Notes: generated from the letters alone by a model not told the origin. DNA of 64,000 nt from Candidatus Liptonbacteria bacterium (GCA_016212635.1 JACRFR010000018.1:4080-68079), one strand, 5' to 3'. Positions 38,413 to 49,148 are shown, counted from the stretch's first letter. A program made the numbers and translations.

Positions 38413-39783
38413 TCAGCTCTTGTTGATAAGTTCTCGGATTTGGAACATTTTTTGGTTTAAATTGGAGTTTTTAGTCAACTCTACGGTTATTTTTTCGAAA
38501 GAATGGATGGCGGTGGTGTGGTCCCTACCCATCTTTTCCCCAATATATGGATAAGATAGTCCCAAAATATCCCGAAGCAGGAACATGGTTACTTGGCGCG
38601 GCTCCACAATTTCTTTGCGGCGGCACCGCCCGATCAAATCAGTGGTGGGGATATTATAGAAGTCAGCTACTGCGCCAATAACCTGCGCGTCACTGACCGG
38701 CCGGGAGAAGGCTTGAATGGACTTATCAATGATCTCCTCCGCCACCTTACGGCTGATATCAGTTTGTTTTTTATCCTGATAAAAAACAATCTTATTCAAA
38801 ATTCCTTCCAGCTCGCGGATATTCTTTTTAACTCGGCGGGCGATCAAATCCACCACCTCATCCGAAAGCAAACGCCCGCCCTGTTGCAGTTTGCTTTTAA
38901 TAATCGCCACCCGGGTCTCATACTCCGGATAACTAATATCCACAATTAAACCACCCTCAAAACGCGAGCGCAGACGTTCTTCTAAGGTTGGAATAGATTG
39001 CGGAGGCCGATCGGAAGAAATGATTATTTGTTTATTGTGTTCATATAAAGCATTGAATGTGTGGAAAAACTCCTCCTCGGTTTTTTCCTTACCCCCAATA
39101 AACTGAATATCGTCGATGATCAACACATCCACATCCCGATACTTCTTTTTAATGTCCTCCATGCGTTTATTGCGGATCGCCCAAACCACATCGTTAGTGA
39201 ACCTTTCCGAAGTTACATATTTAGGCCTAACTGTGCCATGATAACGCAGTAAGATCTCATTACCCACAGCCTGGATTAAATGGGTCTTGCCTAAACCCAC
39301 TCCCCCGTATACAAAAAACGGGTTGTACTTGGTGCCGACATCCTGCACAACCGCGCTGGCCGCGGCGTGAGCCAGCTCATTAGAGGAACCTACGACAAAA
39401 CTGTTAAGGGTGTATCGGGAGTTAAGGTTGGTTTCGGGATCAACCCTAAACTCCAAACTAATTTGACTCTGGTTGGGGCTGGTTCGCTCCCCGGCCGCCG
39501 CCGCCCGTTTATGGGCTTCCTCGGCGGCTTCGCTGATAACCACAAACTCCAGTTTTTTTACCGAGTCGTCAAAGATCCGAATGATCCCCAAAAGATCTTT
39601 GTGATATTTGTTTTGCACCCACTCTTTGGCGAAATTGTTTGGCAGGCCGACACAACCAACCCCATCCCGCCGATCCAAAAAACAACTGCCTTTTAACCAA
39701 GTAGCGAAATTAGCCCGAGAAGTTTTTTGCTCCATCTCACCCAAAACCAATCTCCACAAATTTTCCAAATCCATAAAAGCCAA
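38413..39783 (-). CDS. dnaA: Chromosomal replication initiator DnaA
   Basis: FVVGSSNELA, YNPFFVYGGVGLGKTHL, LIIDDIQF, EEFFHTFNAL, RLRSRFEGGL, RDHTT. Confidence 0.98.
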   Translation of the reverse strand: MAFMDLENLWRLVLGEMEQKTSRANFATWLKGSCFLDRRDGVGCVGLPNNFAKEWVQNKYHKDLLGIIRIFDDSVKKLEFVVISEAAEEAHKRAAAAGERTSPNQSQISLEFRVDPETNLNSRYTLNSFVVGSSNELAHAAASAVVQDVGTKYNPFFVYGGVGLGKTHLIQAVGNEILLRYHGTVRPKYVTSERFTNDVVWAIRNKRMEDIKKKYRDVDVLIIDDIQFIGGKEKTEEEFFHTFNALYEHNKQIIISSDRPPQSIPTLEERLRSRFEGGLIVDISYPEYETRVAIIKSKLQQGGRLLSDEVVDLIARRVKKNIRELEGILNKIVFYQDKKQTDISRKVAEEIIDKSIQAFSRPVSDAQVIGAVADFYNIPTTDLIGRCRRKEIVEPRQVTMFLLRDILGLSYPYIGEKMGRDHTTAIHSFEKITVELTKNSNLNQKMFQIRELINKS

Positions 39784-39934
39784 AAGTTAGAGGGTATTTT
39801 TCAGGTGCAATCATTCTACTCCCACCCAAACACAAGTCAAAACCAATTCCGAAGATATGGGGATTACTTGTTAAGAAGTGCCTACCCCCCAACCCCCTTA
39901 AATTTTGTATCAGTCTATGCTAGAGTAGCCTTAC

Positions 39935-40069
39935 ATGTCCACCACCTATCAACCCAAAAAGCGGAAAAGGGCCAAAACCCACGGGTTCCGGGCCAGGCGA
40001 CTTACCCCAACCGGACGACGGGTACTTACCCGCCGGCGCCAAAAGGGCCGCCGGAAGCTTAGTGTTTAA
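39935..40069 (+). CDS. rpmH: 50S ribosomal protein L34 (not in ORF track)
   Basis: [44 protein letters not shown]. Confidence 0.96.
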   Translation: MSTTYQPKKRKRAKTHGFRARRLTPTGRRVLTRRRQKGRRKLSV

Positions 40070-40085
40070 AACACAGCTGGATTCT

Positions 40086-40409
40086 ATGTTGCCCCGGAAA
40101 CAGCGGCTTAGTCGTCTGGAAATCGCCCGGTTTTTCCCCCTGCGCACCCCCCCGCGCTTTACCTGCGCCTGGTTTGATCTTTGGGCGCAACCCAATTCCA
40201 CCAACCACAACCGATACGCCATTGTTATCCCCAATAAAACCCTAACCCGGGCAGTTGACCGGGCTTATTCCCGTCGGCGAATATACGCCCTGGTGAGAAA
40301 CTGGCCGAATTACAGAGAAGACAGACTGATCCGGCTCAAGCCACACATCCGAAGCCGCCAGCAAGTCAAGAACTTTCTAACCGGCTTTGTCGCTGCCCCA
40401 AAACTATAA
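40086..40409 (+). CDS. rnpA: Ribonuclease P protein component
   Basis: MLPRKQRL, RYAIVI-K...RAVDRAYSRRRI (RNR-like motif); lies between rpmH and yidC. Confidence 0.75.
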   Translation: MLPRKQRLSRLEIARFFPLRTPPRFTCAWFDLWAQPNSTNHNRYAIVIPNKTLTRAVDRAYSRRRIYALVRNWPNYREDRLIRLKPHIRSRQQVKNFLTGFVAAPKL

Positions 40410-40418
40410 TATCCCAAT

Positions 40419-41162
40419 ATGGCCAATTTATACCACCTCGTCTTATATCAACCCCTACTAAATCTATTAGTGATCCTCTACCAAACTACGGCCGGGGGCG
40501 ATTTGGGGGTGGCCATTATAGAACTTACGGTGCTGATTCAGCTAATCCTTTTCCCCATTGTCCGGCGCAACCTCCGAACCCAAATGGTTATGCAAAAAAT
40601 TCAGCCGGAACTGCGCCGCACCCAAGAACTTTATAAAAAAGATCCGGCCAAACAGTACCAGGCCATGATGGCCACCTACCGCGAACACCACATATCGCCT
40701 TTCGGGGGTTTTGCCCTGACTTTTGTGCAACTGCTCCTGATCATTCCTCTGTACCAAATATTCCTGCACATTTTTGCCGCCGAGACCTTAACCCAACTAT
40801 ACTCCTTCGTGTCCCAGCCCGCCGCCCTAGCCAACATCTCTTTGGGCTTGATAAATCTGCCGCAGCCCAGTATTCTCTTGGTAGTTCTTACCGCTGCCAT
40901 GCAGCTACTTCAAGGCTGGCTAATGTTCCAACCACTGGCGGGATCTGGTCCTGGTCCAGCCTCCTCAAAAATGATGATCTTGATGGGGCCGGTGATCACG
41001 GTGGTAATTTTTTCGCGCTTGCCCGCCGCCGTTGGTCTATATTGGTTAGCCTCCACTATCGCTTCCATTGGTCAAACCGTTATCATTCGCCGGCAGTTAA
41101 CAACCAGCCATGATCAACCTCGAAGCCTTTGTTCAAAAACTGATAGCCCTGATGGGGTTTGA
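40419..41162 (+). CDS. yidC: Membrane protein insertase YidC/Oxa1 (short form)
   Basis: LGVAII-LTV, MQKIQPEL, Y-EH-ISPFGG, LPAAVGLYWLAS. Confidence 0.9.
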   Translation: MANLYHLVLYQPLLNLLVILYQTTAGGDLGVAIIELTVLIQLILFPIVRRNLRTQMVMQKIQPELRRTQELYKKDPAKQYQAMMATYREHHISPFGGFALTFVQLLLIIPLYQIFLHIFAAETLTQLYSFVSQPAALANISLGLINLPQPSILLVVLTAAMQLLQGWLMFQPLAGSGPGPASSKMMILMGPVITVVIFSRLPAAVGLYWLASTIASIGQTVIIRRQLTTSHDQPRSLCSKTDSPDGV

Positions 41163-41583
41163 GGACTGCAAAATAGAAGTCGACGCCGAGCACCGGCACG
41201 GCTCGATCTTTATTTACAGCCACGAGAACCTGATCCAAGAGAACCTGCCCGACTTAGTGGAAAGCATCAACCATTTGGTGCAAATGGCGGCCAAACAACA
41301 AAATGCCGAGACCATCTTCTTCGATCTAAATAATTACCGCCGCGAGCGCGAGCGGCTGATCGCCGAACTGGCTCGAACCGCGGCCCGCAAGGTGCTCGCG
41401 ACCCAACAAGAACTAACCTTGCCCAGCATGAACTCTTACGAGCGGCGGCTGGTCCACGTGGAGCTCGCCACCCATCCGGGAGTAGTTACCGAGAGCAACG
41501 GAGTGGGACGAGAACGCTGCGTGGTGATCAAACCCCTCACGGATGAACCGAAAGGGTCCCTAGTCCAAAGTCAGACCGTATAA
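41110..41583 (+). CDS. Jag/R3H-domain RNA-binding protein
   Basis: DLNNYRRERE, LPSMNSYERRLVH (R3H), TESNGVG-ER-VVI. Confidence 0.85.
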   Translation: MINLEAFVQKLIALMGFEDCKIEVDAEHRHGSIFIYSHENLIQENLPDLVESINHLVQMAAKQQNAETIFFDLNNYRRERERLIAELARTAARKVLATQQELTLPSMNSYERRLVHVELATHPGVVTESNGVGRERCVVIKPLTDEPKGSLVQSQTV

Positions 41584-42786
41584 CCGCCGGTCGTATCGGT
41601 TGATGAAGAACAGCCGGTTTTGGTACACCCGAAGTTCATCTGCGTCCAGGCTCAACCCCTCTAAATTAAGCAAGCTGGACACGTCGCCGGTGGTTAAGTT
41701 GATCGAGAGAAAATCATCCACCGTGTAAAGACGGCGCTTGAAGTAATCATCCGGCAGCTCCGCCGCCGCGAAAGCCCGGGCGTCCCGAGGCACGGCGCAG
41801 ATCAAACCAGCCCCCTCCGTAGAAGTGGCCTGACCCGAGCTCGTCGAATGAGCCTGCCCCAACTCTTCGCTCTTCGCGCTTCGCTCTTCGCTTATCAAGG
41901 TGCATTTATTGGGCAGGGTGAGAAAGTTCAGATCGTGCAGGACGGTGCCGCCTCGCCCCAAAAGGGACAAGGTGCCGCCCCGGCGGTTCTTGTTGGCCGC
42001 AAAAGCGACCCCATAACCCGCCGCCCCGTTCCAATTAATAACTAATCCCACCCGACCCGCCAGGGCGGGCTGGGATGTTTGTTTGGCCAAATCAACCCAC
42101 CACGCCGCCCCTTCGGTTTCCGCAGAACTCCGAGCGACCAAAAGGATCTTCTCCGGACTGGAAGCGATAATATCCACATCGCTAACGTTCACGCCTAAAA
42201 GCGGCCGGGGTGGAGCTTGGGGGCGGGCTGGGTCCAGTTCGGCTAAAACGTTAGTCTTATCACCCCGAGCCAAAAACAAAACAACTCGGCTGTCGGCGGA
42301 CCAAGCGGCGTCGGTTACCGCGACCGGCAGGCCTTGCCAAGTACTGGAGGCGGTCGAAAAAAGAGAAGCGCCCGACTTACCCTCGGCTAGGACGAAACGG
42401 CCATTGGGCGAAAAACGGGCACGGGTGAGGTTGGGCAAGGTGCTGGCGCTGGCCGTGCCGGTGCGCCCTCCCGCCACCCGAACCACTTGCCCGTCGGGAC
42501 GGATCAACCAAACGACACTTTGTTTGTCCACGAAATAATCCAACACCGGATCGGGGGCGACCACGCCGAACTTCTGACTCATTGCAGTGACGCCGGGACT
42601 GGAACTGGTGGCGCCCGGAACAACCACCGTGCCCGGTCGAGAAACTATGCCGGGAGATATGACGCCGCCGACGCCGCTCGGATTGGGGTGGCTGGGGGCT
42701 GGAACGGATCGAAAAACTTGCCACAAACCATAGCCCGCCAGTGCGCCGACAACCAACACTATTAAAACCAGGATCAATTTACGCAT
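41560..42786 (-). CDS. Membrane-anchored hypothetical protein, beta-propeller-like
   Basis: N-terminal TM; FSPNG and WSADS repeats; LFFINRYD-RLY end. Confidence 0.6.
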   Translation of the reverse strand: MRKLILVLIVLVVGALAGYGLWQVFRSVPAPSHPNPSGVGGVISPGIVSRPGTVVVPGATSSSPGVTAMSQKFGVVAPDPVLDYFVDKQSVVWLIRPDGQVVRVAGGRTGTASASTLPNLTRARFSPNGRFVLAEGKSGASLFSTASSTWQGLPVAVTDAAWSADSRVVLFLARGDKTNVLAELDPARPQAPPRPLLGVNVSDVDIIASSPEKILLVARSSAETEGAAWWVDLAKQTSQPALAGRVGLVINWNGAAGYGVAFAANKNRRGGTLSLLGRGGTVLHDLNFLTLPNKCTLISEERSAKSEELGQAHSTSSGQATSTEGAGLICAVPRDARAFAAAELPDDYFKRRLYTVDDFLSINLTTGDVSSLLNLEGLSLDADELRVYQNRLFFINRYDRRLYGLTLD

Positions 42787-42788
42787 GC

Positions 42789-43469
42789 TTATTTTTGAAA
42801 AATCAACCGCGCGGCGCTTTGGGCGGATTCGAATAAACCGCGCGGATTTTGCGCGGCGAGGGAAATATCAACCGCGGTTCCGTCGGGAGTGTTGGGATCA
42901 ATTTCCATTCGGAGTGATTCCGGGTGCTCCGCGTTTTGGACCAACTCGCCATTGACCCGCCAAGTCAAACCCAAATCACCCAACCTGGCGATCTTAAAGA
43001 AGAACGGCCGAGCCCACACCTCCGCCGCCGTAGTTCCGAAACGGTTGCTGGGATAAGGAGCGTCGATAACTATGTCCGGGGCGGCTACGGGCAGCCGCAG
43101 GGTTTGGATCGCATCCCCGTTTTTCAACCCCCCCACCCGCGCGCGCAACTTGAGATTACGACTGGCGTCCTCGGGCACCAAGAAAACAATCTTCTGCTTG
43201 CCGTTGCCGCCCTCCAAAAGACGATCGTTTAGGTACCAGTAGATCGGCAGTTTGGATAGATCCACCAGCTGGCCGGTAGTTTCAGTGACAAACACCGTGG
43301 CTTCCATGAACGACCCCGCCACGGGCAACACCTTGCCCGCGTAACCCGACGGCGCATAAGTATCCGCCCGCCAATCCACCCAAATCCAGTAATTTGTTTC
43401 TTGCGCGCCGGCAGTCAGTCCTATAGCTGCCGCGAGGGCCACGCCGAATATCAACAAAACTTTAGGCAT
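42789..43469 (-). CDS. Secreted hypothetical protein (Ig-like beta strands)
   Basis: Signal peptide; W-ADTYAP--Y-GK-LP; W-LN and WRVNG. Confidence 0.6.
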   Translation of the reverse strand: MPKVLLIFGVALAAAIGLTAGAQETNYWIWVDWRADTYAPSGYAGKVLPVAGSFMEATVFVTETTGQLVDLSKLPIYWYLNDRLLEGGNGKQKIVFLVPEDASRNLKLRARVGGLKNGDAIQTLRLPVAAPDIVIDAPYPSNRFGTTAAEVWARPFFFKIARLGDLGLTWRVNGELVQNAEHPESLRMEIDPNTPDGTAVDISLAAQNPRGLFESAQSAARLIFQK

Positions 43470-44304
43470 AAGATTCTTGGAATTTCTTGGATCTGCCGGC
43501 TGGCCGTCTCTGATTCCAAGCGCGTTCCGCCCGGAGGCGTTTCGCGGCTGCGGGGTCGCTCAAATCAACCACCGAGCCGTCGATCCGAACCCGACCCCCA
43601 CCCAGAAGTTCCCAACCGACGTCTTCCGGCGCAACCCCCGTCTCCATACTTTCTTTAAGTGTATCAAGTGAGGTTCGAGAAAGGTAGTCGGCGGATAAGA
43701 CACCTCGGTCGCTAATCATCGGCGCCACCCCTAAGCCTTCTGGTCTTTGAGAGGGTAAGTACTGTCCCGCCGCGAGCGCGGGTTGTTCTCCAAAGGCCGT
43801 GGTGGTAGTTGCGCCGGCTGCTTGGCCCGATCTAGCTTCGGCCATCGACTCCTGCACGGTTCCATAGAATTGGCGTCCTTCCCGGCTGACATTCTTGACC
43901 CGTTCCCAAGCAGCCCCATCCTTGCTCCGCGCGGCCGCCCCTAGGCTTCTCGCCGAGGCTTGAACTTTTGGGTCGAACCCAACCTTGAGCGCGGTGGCGG
44001 CCAGAGCGGACTTAGGGTGACGATCCACGTAAATCGTGACCAAGAAGGCAGCTGTTCGAAGCGGCAAGACGTCGCCCACGACCGGGATCAATTCTAAAAG
44101 ATTGCCAATCAGCGCATAATTGCCCTTGACCCCTTTCGTACGCATATAAATTTGTTCCGACGGGAAGGCGATGGCGTCGGTGACGCCCAGGCCCACGCCC
44201 GGGATGTAGTCCAAAATATCCGCCAACAAAATCAAGGCGCCGACAAGCAAGGCCTCGGCGGAAGGTATCTTTGGACCCGAGCTGCTCCTTTGATCATCGC
44301 CCAT
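43462..44304 (-). CDS. Hypothetical membrane protein
   Basis: ELIPVVGDVLPLRT hydrophobic motif; in operon with the VirB4-like gene. Confidence 0.55.
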   Translation of the reverse strand: MGDDQRSSSGPKIPSAEALLVGALILLADILDYIPGVGLGVTDAIAFPSEQIYMRTKGVKGNYALIGNLLELIPVVGDVLPLRTAAFLVTIYVDRHPKSALAATALKVGFDPKVQASARSLGAAARSKDGAAWERVKNVSREGRQFYGTVQESMAEARSGQAAGATTTTAFGEQPALAAGQYLPSQRPEGLGVAPMISDRGVLSADYLSRTSLDTLKESMETGVAPEDVGWELLGGGRVRIDGSVVDLSDPAAAKRLRAERAWNQRRPAGRSKKFQESYA

Positions 44305-44311
44305 GGTTGTG

Positions 44312-46084
44312 TTACTTGCCCTCCCCGGCCTCTTCTAAGAGTTGTTTGGGGTCAGTGGTAATAATCTTACCTTCAAAGTAGGAAGGAATGATCTGGATTG
44401 CCACATGCCGCTGGCCGGCGATGAACAAACCAGTGCCCACCTCCGCGGTCAACAACAGATCTTTTTCCGCTTGGGTTAGATTAAAGGCCTTACCTACCAC
44501 ATCAATGGTGGCCGGGGCTTGTTTCAGGAGTAATTGAACTGAAGAGTTGGTGATGACCGGCCGGCCATATGGGGAGCGCAGGAAATCCTCCACGTCCTGG
44601 GTGATGGTAGTGGTACCCAAGTAGTACTTGCGGCAGCGTTTGACCAGGCCGAACAAGAAGGCGGCACTGGTTTCATCTTTCATCATCCACCAAGCCTCAT
44701 CCACGATCAAGATCCGCCGCTTAAGATGGGCGCGGATCAGATTCCAAATAAAGTTTAAAATAAGATACATGGCGATCGGGCGCAGTCCGTCTTCCAGGTC
44801 CCGGATCGAAAAGACAATCAATCGATTCTTAAGATCAATGTTGCTGGCTTGATTCAGGAAGCCGGAGAAGCTGCCCTTGGTGAACTTATAAAGCCGCTCG
44901 GCCATGCCCCGGCCGCCCTCTAGGTTGCGCAACACCGTTTCCAGATCCTCCAATAGGGGCGGCTGGGCCTCCGAGAAGTCTTCCCCGATCACGATCTCGC
45001 GCGAGGCGTATGTTTCCGTGATGGCTCGGTCCAGAATGGCATCTTCCTCGGTAGAAACTTCGCCCAAGAGAAGCTTGATCAAACCGGCAATATTTACAAT
45101 ATGCGAACGCAAAACATCCGAGGCAGTCTCTCCGTCGGGGATAATAGGCAGATCGAAAGGGTTAATGTGCTCTTCGGAGGATAGGGAAATGTTGAAGAAG
45201 CTCCCGCCGAACGCCTCGGCTAAGCGTTGGTACTCGTTCTCTGGGTCGATGACAATAACCTCCGTGCCCAACATTAAAGAACGGATAATTTCCAACTTAG
45301 TGGCGTAGGATTTGCCGCTGCCCGCCTTAGCGAAGACCACCTGATTCGCGTTTTCCATGGAGAACCGGTCGAAGATGACCAAACTGTTATTGTGACGATT
45401 GATGCCGTACATCACCCCATCTTCGGAGGTTATATCTTCGGAAACAAAAGGAAAAAAGGACGACACCGGACCCGAATTCATGGGGGTCATGACCAGGAGA
45501 TGATCCTGCCGCAAAGGCAGAACCGACTGATAGCCTTGCAGTTGCTGGAACAGAGCGGGCTTGGCGAAGACCAATTTAGCTTCCAAGATCGAGGTCAGCC
45601 GACTTTCGATCCGAGTCAGTGCGTCCAAGTTATCCGCGTAAATAGTCAGGTACACCGCCACACTAAACAATCTTTCCTGGCCCTGCATCAGCCCGTCGCG
45701 CAGATTCTCAATGTCTTGCATCGCGGTCTCCAGCATGGGATCGCGGACCAACCCTTTTTCTTCCCGATCCGCGATTTGGGACTGTACTTGGGTGACTTTC
45801 TTGCGCAAATTTTTCAAGGCGTTACCGGTGTCCAAGGGCTCGGTGTAGATCGCGATATCCATCAATTCCGGCAGGTTGATAATCGGCTCGAACCAACCCG
45901 TGGACAGGAAGCGCGGGTAGGAAAAGAAGAAGAAGGACTTGGCGAGCTTATCCCCGATCTTGAGGTAGTTAGATTGCACCTCCAGGCCCGGTGGAGCGAT
46001 AACCTTTTTAACTTGTTGGAAATTGTCGGGCATGTTAGGAGTGTGAGACGCGGCGCCGTCTAAGCTAGAATTCGATGGTGCCAT
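44312..46084 (-). CDS. VirB4/TraC-like type IV secretion ATPase
   Basis: YGIN..N-SLVIFDRF, FAKAGSGKSY, IDPENEY, INPFD, VDEAW, RCRKY, TQDVEDF. Confidence 0.88.
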   Translation of the reverse strand: MAPSNSSLDGAASHTPNMPDNFQQVKKVIAPPGLEVQSNYLKIGDKLAKSFFFFSYPRFLSTGWFEPIINLPELMDIAIYTEPLDTGNALKNLRKKVTQVQSQIADREEKGLVRDPMLETAMQDIENLRDGLMQGQERLFSVAVYLTIYADNLDALTRIESRLTSILEAKLVFAKPALFQQLQGYQSVLPLRQDHLLVMTPMNSGPVSSFFPFVSEDITSEDGVMYGINRHNNSLVIFDRFSMENANQVVFAKAGSGKSYATKLEIIRSLMLGTEVIVIDPENEYQRLAEAFGGSFFNISLSSEEHINPFDLPIIPDGETASDVLRSHIVNIAGLIKLLLGEVSTEEDAILDRAITETYASREIVIGEDFSEAQPPLLEDLETVLRNLEGGRGMAERLYKFTKGSFSGFLNQASNIDLKNRLIVFSIRDLEDGLRPIAMYLILNFIWNLIRAHLKRRILIVDEAWWMMKDETSAAFLFGLVKRCRKYYLGTTTITQDVEDFLRSPYGRPVITNSSVQLLLKQAPATIDVVGKAFNLTQAEKDLLLTAEVGTGLFIAGQRHVAIQIIPSYFEGKIITTDPKQLLEEAGEGK

Positions 46085-46118
46085 GGCGAGTTATTAATCA
46101 TTGATTATTAATCATTGA

Positions 46119-46802
46119 TCATTTCTGACCGGCCGCCTCCAAAGTTTCCACGCCCGGAACTCGTACCCCTTCCTTCTCGATAGTTTCGGGGTTATAGAAG
46201 TTATAAAACAATTCCACCAATTGTTCGTTGCCTAGCAGTTTAACTTCCAGCCCGACCGCCCGCAGGCCTTCCATTACTTGTTCTACTCGCTGTCCCAGCT
46301 GGGTCAGGTTTTTTTGGAACTCGGCTTCGTCCGCCGCGCTAGTTTGGGCCGCGGCCGCGCTCGTATCTTTGGACTTGAGAAAAGGTAAAAATTTACCCGC
46401 ACTCTCGCGGCTGGGCAGGGTTACGGTGTCGTAGGGAACAACCACCAAAAAAAGCTTCCGCATAATCGGGTTGTCGTGGACAAAACCCCGGATGAACGAC
46501 TGGTACTCCAGCATTTGGTTCTGCAGTAAACTGGATGGCTCGTCCACCCGGCGCTTCTCTAGTTTGGTCAGATACTTCTCGATATTGATCTTGCGCGAAT
46601 GGATCACGGTTTGAACGGTAAAATCCAATCCATTTAGAAATTCCTGGTAGCTCTGGGTAATTACGTTCTGTTCCACCTCGGATTTCAGGGCGAAATTCAT
46701 TCCCCCCACCAGCAAAATTTGCCGCAGGCCGCCGGACAAGATAATGGTGTTATCCCGGATCTCCTCGATCATTACTAGGTTTTGAGTGTTGGCTTCGGCC
46801 AT
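46119..46802 (-). CDS. VirB4 N-terminal-like partner protein
   Basis: NFALKSE-EQ..Y..FLNGLDF-VQ, FLVVVPY, LVELFYNFYNP. Confidence 0.65.
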   Translation of the reverse strand: MAEANTQNLVMIEEIRDNTIILSGGLRQILLVGGMNFALKSEVEQNVITQSYQEFLNGLDFTVQTVIHSRKINIEKYLTKLEKRRVDEPSSLLQNQMLEYQSFIRGFVHDNPIMRKLFLVVVPYDTVTLPSRESAGKFLPFLKSKDTSAAAAQTSAADEAEFQKNLTQLGQRVEQVMEGLRAVGLEVKLLGNEQLVELFYNFYNPETIEKEGVRVPGVETLEAAGQK

Positions 46803-46867
46803 TGTTTTAAGTATACCTTGAATTACGAAATTCTGTACTTACACCCTTTGGGTTATTCACGTCCCCA

Positions 46868-46947
46868 TCTGTCATTCCCGCGCAGGCGGGAATCCAGGCC
46901 CCAGGGCAAGTTGCATACTGGATCCCCGCATTCGCGAGGATGACAGA
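46868..46947. repeat. Inverted REP-like doublet (GTCATTCCCGCG...GCGGGAATCCAG / CTGGATCCCCGC...GGATGACA)
   Basis: Same palindrome family as the 132-bp MITE cargo; related copies near 34385-34445 and 55331-55389. Confidence 0.75.
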
Positions 46948-46994
46948 AAGAAGGCGAATATGTAAGTCCTAAACATAAACAAAATAAAATAAGG

Positions 46995-47516
46995 CTAGCG
47001 ATAATCGATTCGCCGGGCGGCGCGATGTTCCCCAGTGGGACGCTTAATGATCTGGAAACGCTCCCGAACCTCGGGGGTAGTATCGGTGGGGGTTTGGGGT
47101 GACTCCGGGGGCGCGCTGGGCCGGCCGGTTTGGACCTCCTGCCATATGGTCTTGAGCGCCAAACCAGCCAAGACTCGCTCCAAATCAAATCCCGGCGTCA
47201 CCGGCTTGGGCGGTTGCGAACCCTGGGGGAGCGCCTTTTCGGTGGATTGCCAGATATATCTTTGCGGCTCCCAAAAAAAACTGAAGGCCGCGGCGATGAT
47301 CTTGGGCAACGACTGGCCGTTGATGGTGATAAAACCCAAGCCCAAGCTTATTCCCACCACAGCTATCGAGCACAGCGCCCAGAGCCAAGTTTGAACCGTA
47401 AAGTAAAAAACAAAACTAACTACGCCGCTCCCGGCCAGGTATAAAAATTGGCGGATGGTGAAGGGTCCCGCTATCTTATCCTCAACCTCGATGAATTGGG
47501 GAACTTGGTATTGCAT
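46995..47516 (-). CDS. PrgI/VirB3-like membrane protein
   Basis: MQYQVPQFIEVEDKIAGPFTIRQFLYL, two TM helices, PQRYIW; upstream of VirB4. Confidence 0.75.
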   Translation of the reverse strand: MQYQVPQFIEVEDKIAGPFTIRQFLYLAGSGVVSFVFYFTVQTWLWALCSIAVVGISLGLGFITINGQSLPKIIAAAFSFFWEPQRYIWQSTEKALPQGSQPPKPVTPGFDLERVLAGLALKTIWQEVQTGRPSAPPESPQTPTDTTPEVRERFQIIKRPTGEHRAARRIDYR

Positions 47517-47558
47517 AAAAACCTATATGTCCTATCTGACCTATCGGGCCCGTGAGTC

Positions 47559-47742
47559 TTGTATCGGTTCCAATTAACGTACACCCGGAAGAGTTGCATC
47601 CGAGGTCGGGCCTTAGGGAGCCCCAAGGCCCGACCTCAATGAATCCGCCAAGTCATCCGACCTGGCGTCCGGTCGAATAACCGGACGGGGCGTACCCTAT
47701 TCGCATCGATTCGCGAGTGGTGATTAATTGGAGACAGTACAA
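47559..47742. mobile_element. MITE-like element carrying a GAGGTCGGGCC palindrome
   Basis: Imperfect TIR TTGTATCGGTTCCAATTAA / TTAATTGGAGACAGTACAA (15/19); truncated relative at ~16474-16545. Confidence 0.5.
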
Positions 47743-47757
47743 CATAACCCGCGCGAC

Positions 47758-49137
47758 CTAAACCTTCGGCGCGGGCGGCTCTTCGGAATAATTAACAACC
47801 TTGGGCGGGGGCGCGAGTTTCTTTTCTAAAGACGAGGGGGTCGGGGCAGGCTTTGACAACTTCTGCCACCAGCCGGACTTGTCGGGCGCCGCGGGAATAG
47901 TGGAAGGCAAGATGGAGCCGAACTTAACCGTCGGCTGGGACAGGTCTATGGTGGCCGGGGTAGGGGCGGACACAAACTCCTCTTTCTTGAAAGGCGCAGT
48001 GGCGGGCGTTGGCGCCGGAACCGAGGCGGCAGGCCTCTCCAGAGAACTCGCCGGGGGCGTTAAGCCCCGTGTTCGCATAGGGGTATTCTCTAACGGGGTA
48101 AATAACTCGCCCTTGTCTTTGCCGAGCGGTGGTAGGGGCGGCACTGGCGGCGCCCCGGGCTTCGTGGGCGCGGGCACACCGATCTCGATACGAGCAGTGG
48201 AGGGCGGCGCCTTAGGTGTGCTAGCGGGGCCTCGAAGCAGGTCGGTTTCACCAGAAGGAGAAAGGCCGGGGGTAGTAGTGCTCGAGGTTTGCTTCGGCAT
48301 CTGGACGGGGCGCATCTTTTCCTCCTGCCGGAGTACGATTGGTTGAGGTGTGATGGTTTCTGGTTTTTTTGGTTCGACTCGGCTTCCGCCGGAGGCGCCT
48401 GCCCGCCCGAAGCCGGGTGCAGGCGGGGATCCTCCTTCGGAGGACACCACGGGCGGTTTGATCGGATCCATCATGGGCGGTGCCGATATTGGTTGTTTGG
48501 GAACTATCGGGGTGGGAACGGCGGGGGGCAAGACTGCGCCTCGAGTAATATCAGGTCGTATCGGCGGGGGTAGAGGCGCGGGCACTCCGGGGAATTTCCC
48601 AGCCTGCAGATTTACGGCTGGTAAATCCCCCGGACTTCCCGATGTTTCCGGGCGATGCCGAGTCGTACCCATGGGCGTAACCGGCGGCAGAGCCGCCGGC
48701 GCGGGTCGGGTTATTTCCTCAATCCGAGCGAGCGGGGTGGTGGCGGGAGCGGACAGGGTTACCACTGGCTGGGCGGGGGCTGTAGCGGGTGTTTCTACCG
48801 ACGGGAGCTGGTATATTTTTTCCAGATCCGCCCGGTACTTGGAAAAAATCTCCCGGTCCAAATCGGTCGCCATCTTTGCCACTTCTAGAGATCCCAGGGT
48901 TAATAAAACATCCAGCTGTTCGCTCAACTCGGCCGGCTTAAGGAATCCCAGCAAAACCAAACCGGACAACTGCTGAACCAGTAGTACGTCATTGCCGTCG
49001 GCCAAGCCCTGCCGCAAGCAAATTTGGGCAACAGCTTGCAAAAGTTCTGTCGAACTGGCGGCATCCTGGATCGATTTCGGCAGGGAGTCGAACCGTTCCG
49101 CAACTTGTTGAGGAGTAATTTGATCAATATCAGTCAT
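47758..49137 (-). CDS. Hypothetical protein with small N-terminal helical domain and long Pro-rich tail
   Basis: RFDSLP--IQDA...GLVLLGFL; the remainder is P/T/A-rich low complexity. Confidence 0.6.
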   Translation of the reverse strand: MTDIDQITPQQVAERFDSLPKSIQDAASSTELLQAVAQICLRQGLADGNDVLLVQQLSGLVLLGFLKPAELSEQLDVLLTLGSLEVAKMATDLDREIFSKYRADLEKIYQLPSVETPATAPAQPVVTLSAPATTPLARIEEITRPAPAALPPVTPMGTTRHRPETSGSPGDLPAVNLQAGKFPGVPAPLPPPIRPDITRGAVLPPAVPTPIVPKQPISAPPMMDPIKPPVVSSEGGSPPAPGFGRAGASGGSRVEPKKPETITPQPIVLRQEEKMRPVQMPKQTSSTTTPGLSPSGETDLLRGPASTPKAPPSTARIEIGVPAPTKPGAPPVPPLPPLGKDKGELFTPLENTPMRTRGLTPPASSLERPAASVPAPTPATAPFKKEEFVSAPTPATIDLSQPTVKFGSILPSTIPAAPDKSGWWQKLSKPAPTPSSLEKKLAPPPKVVNYSEEPPAPKV

Positions 49138-49148
49138 AGTGGTTTATT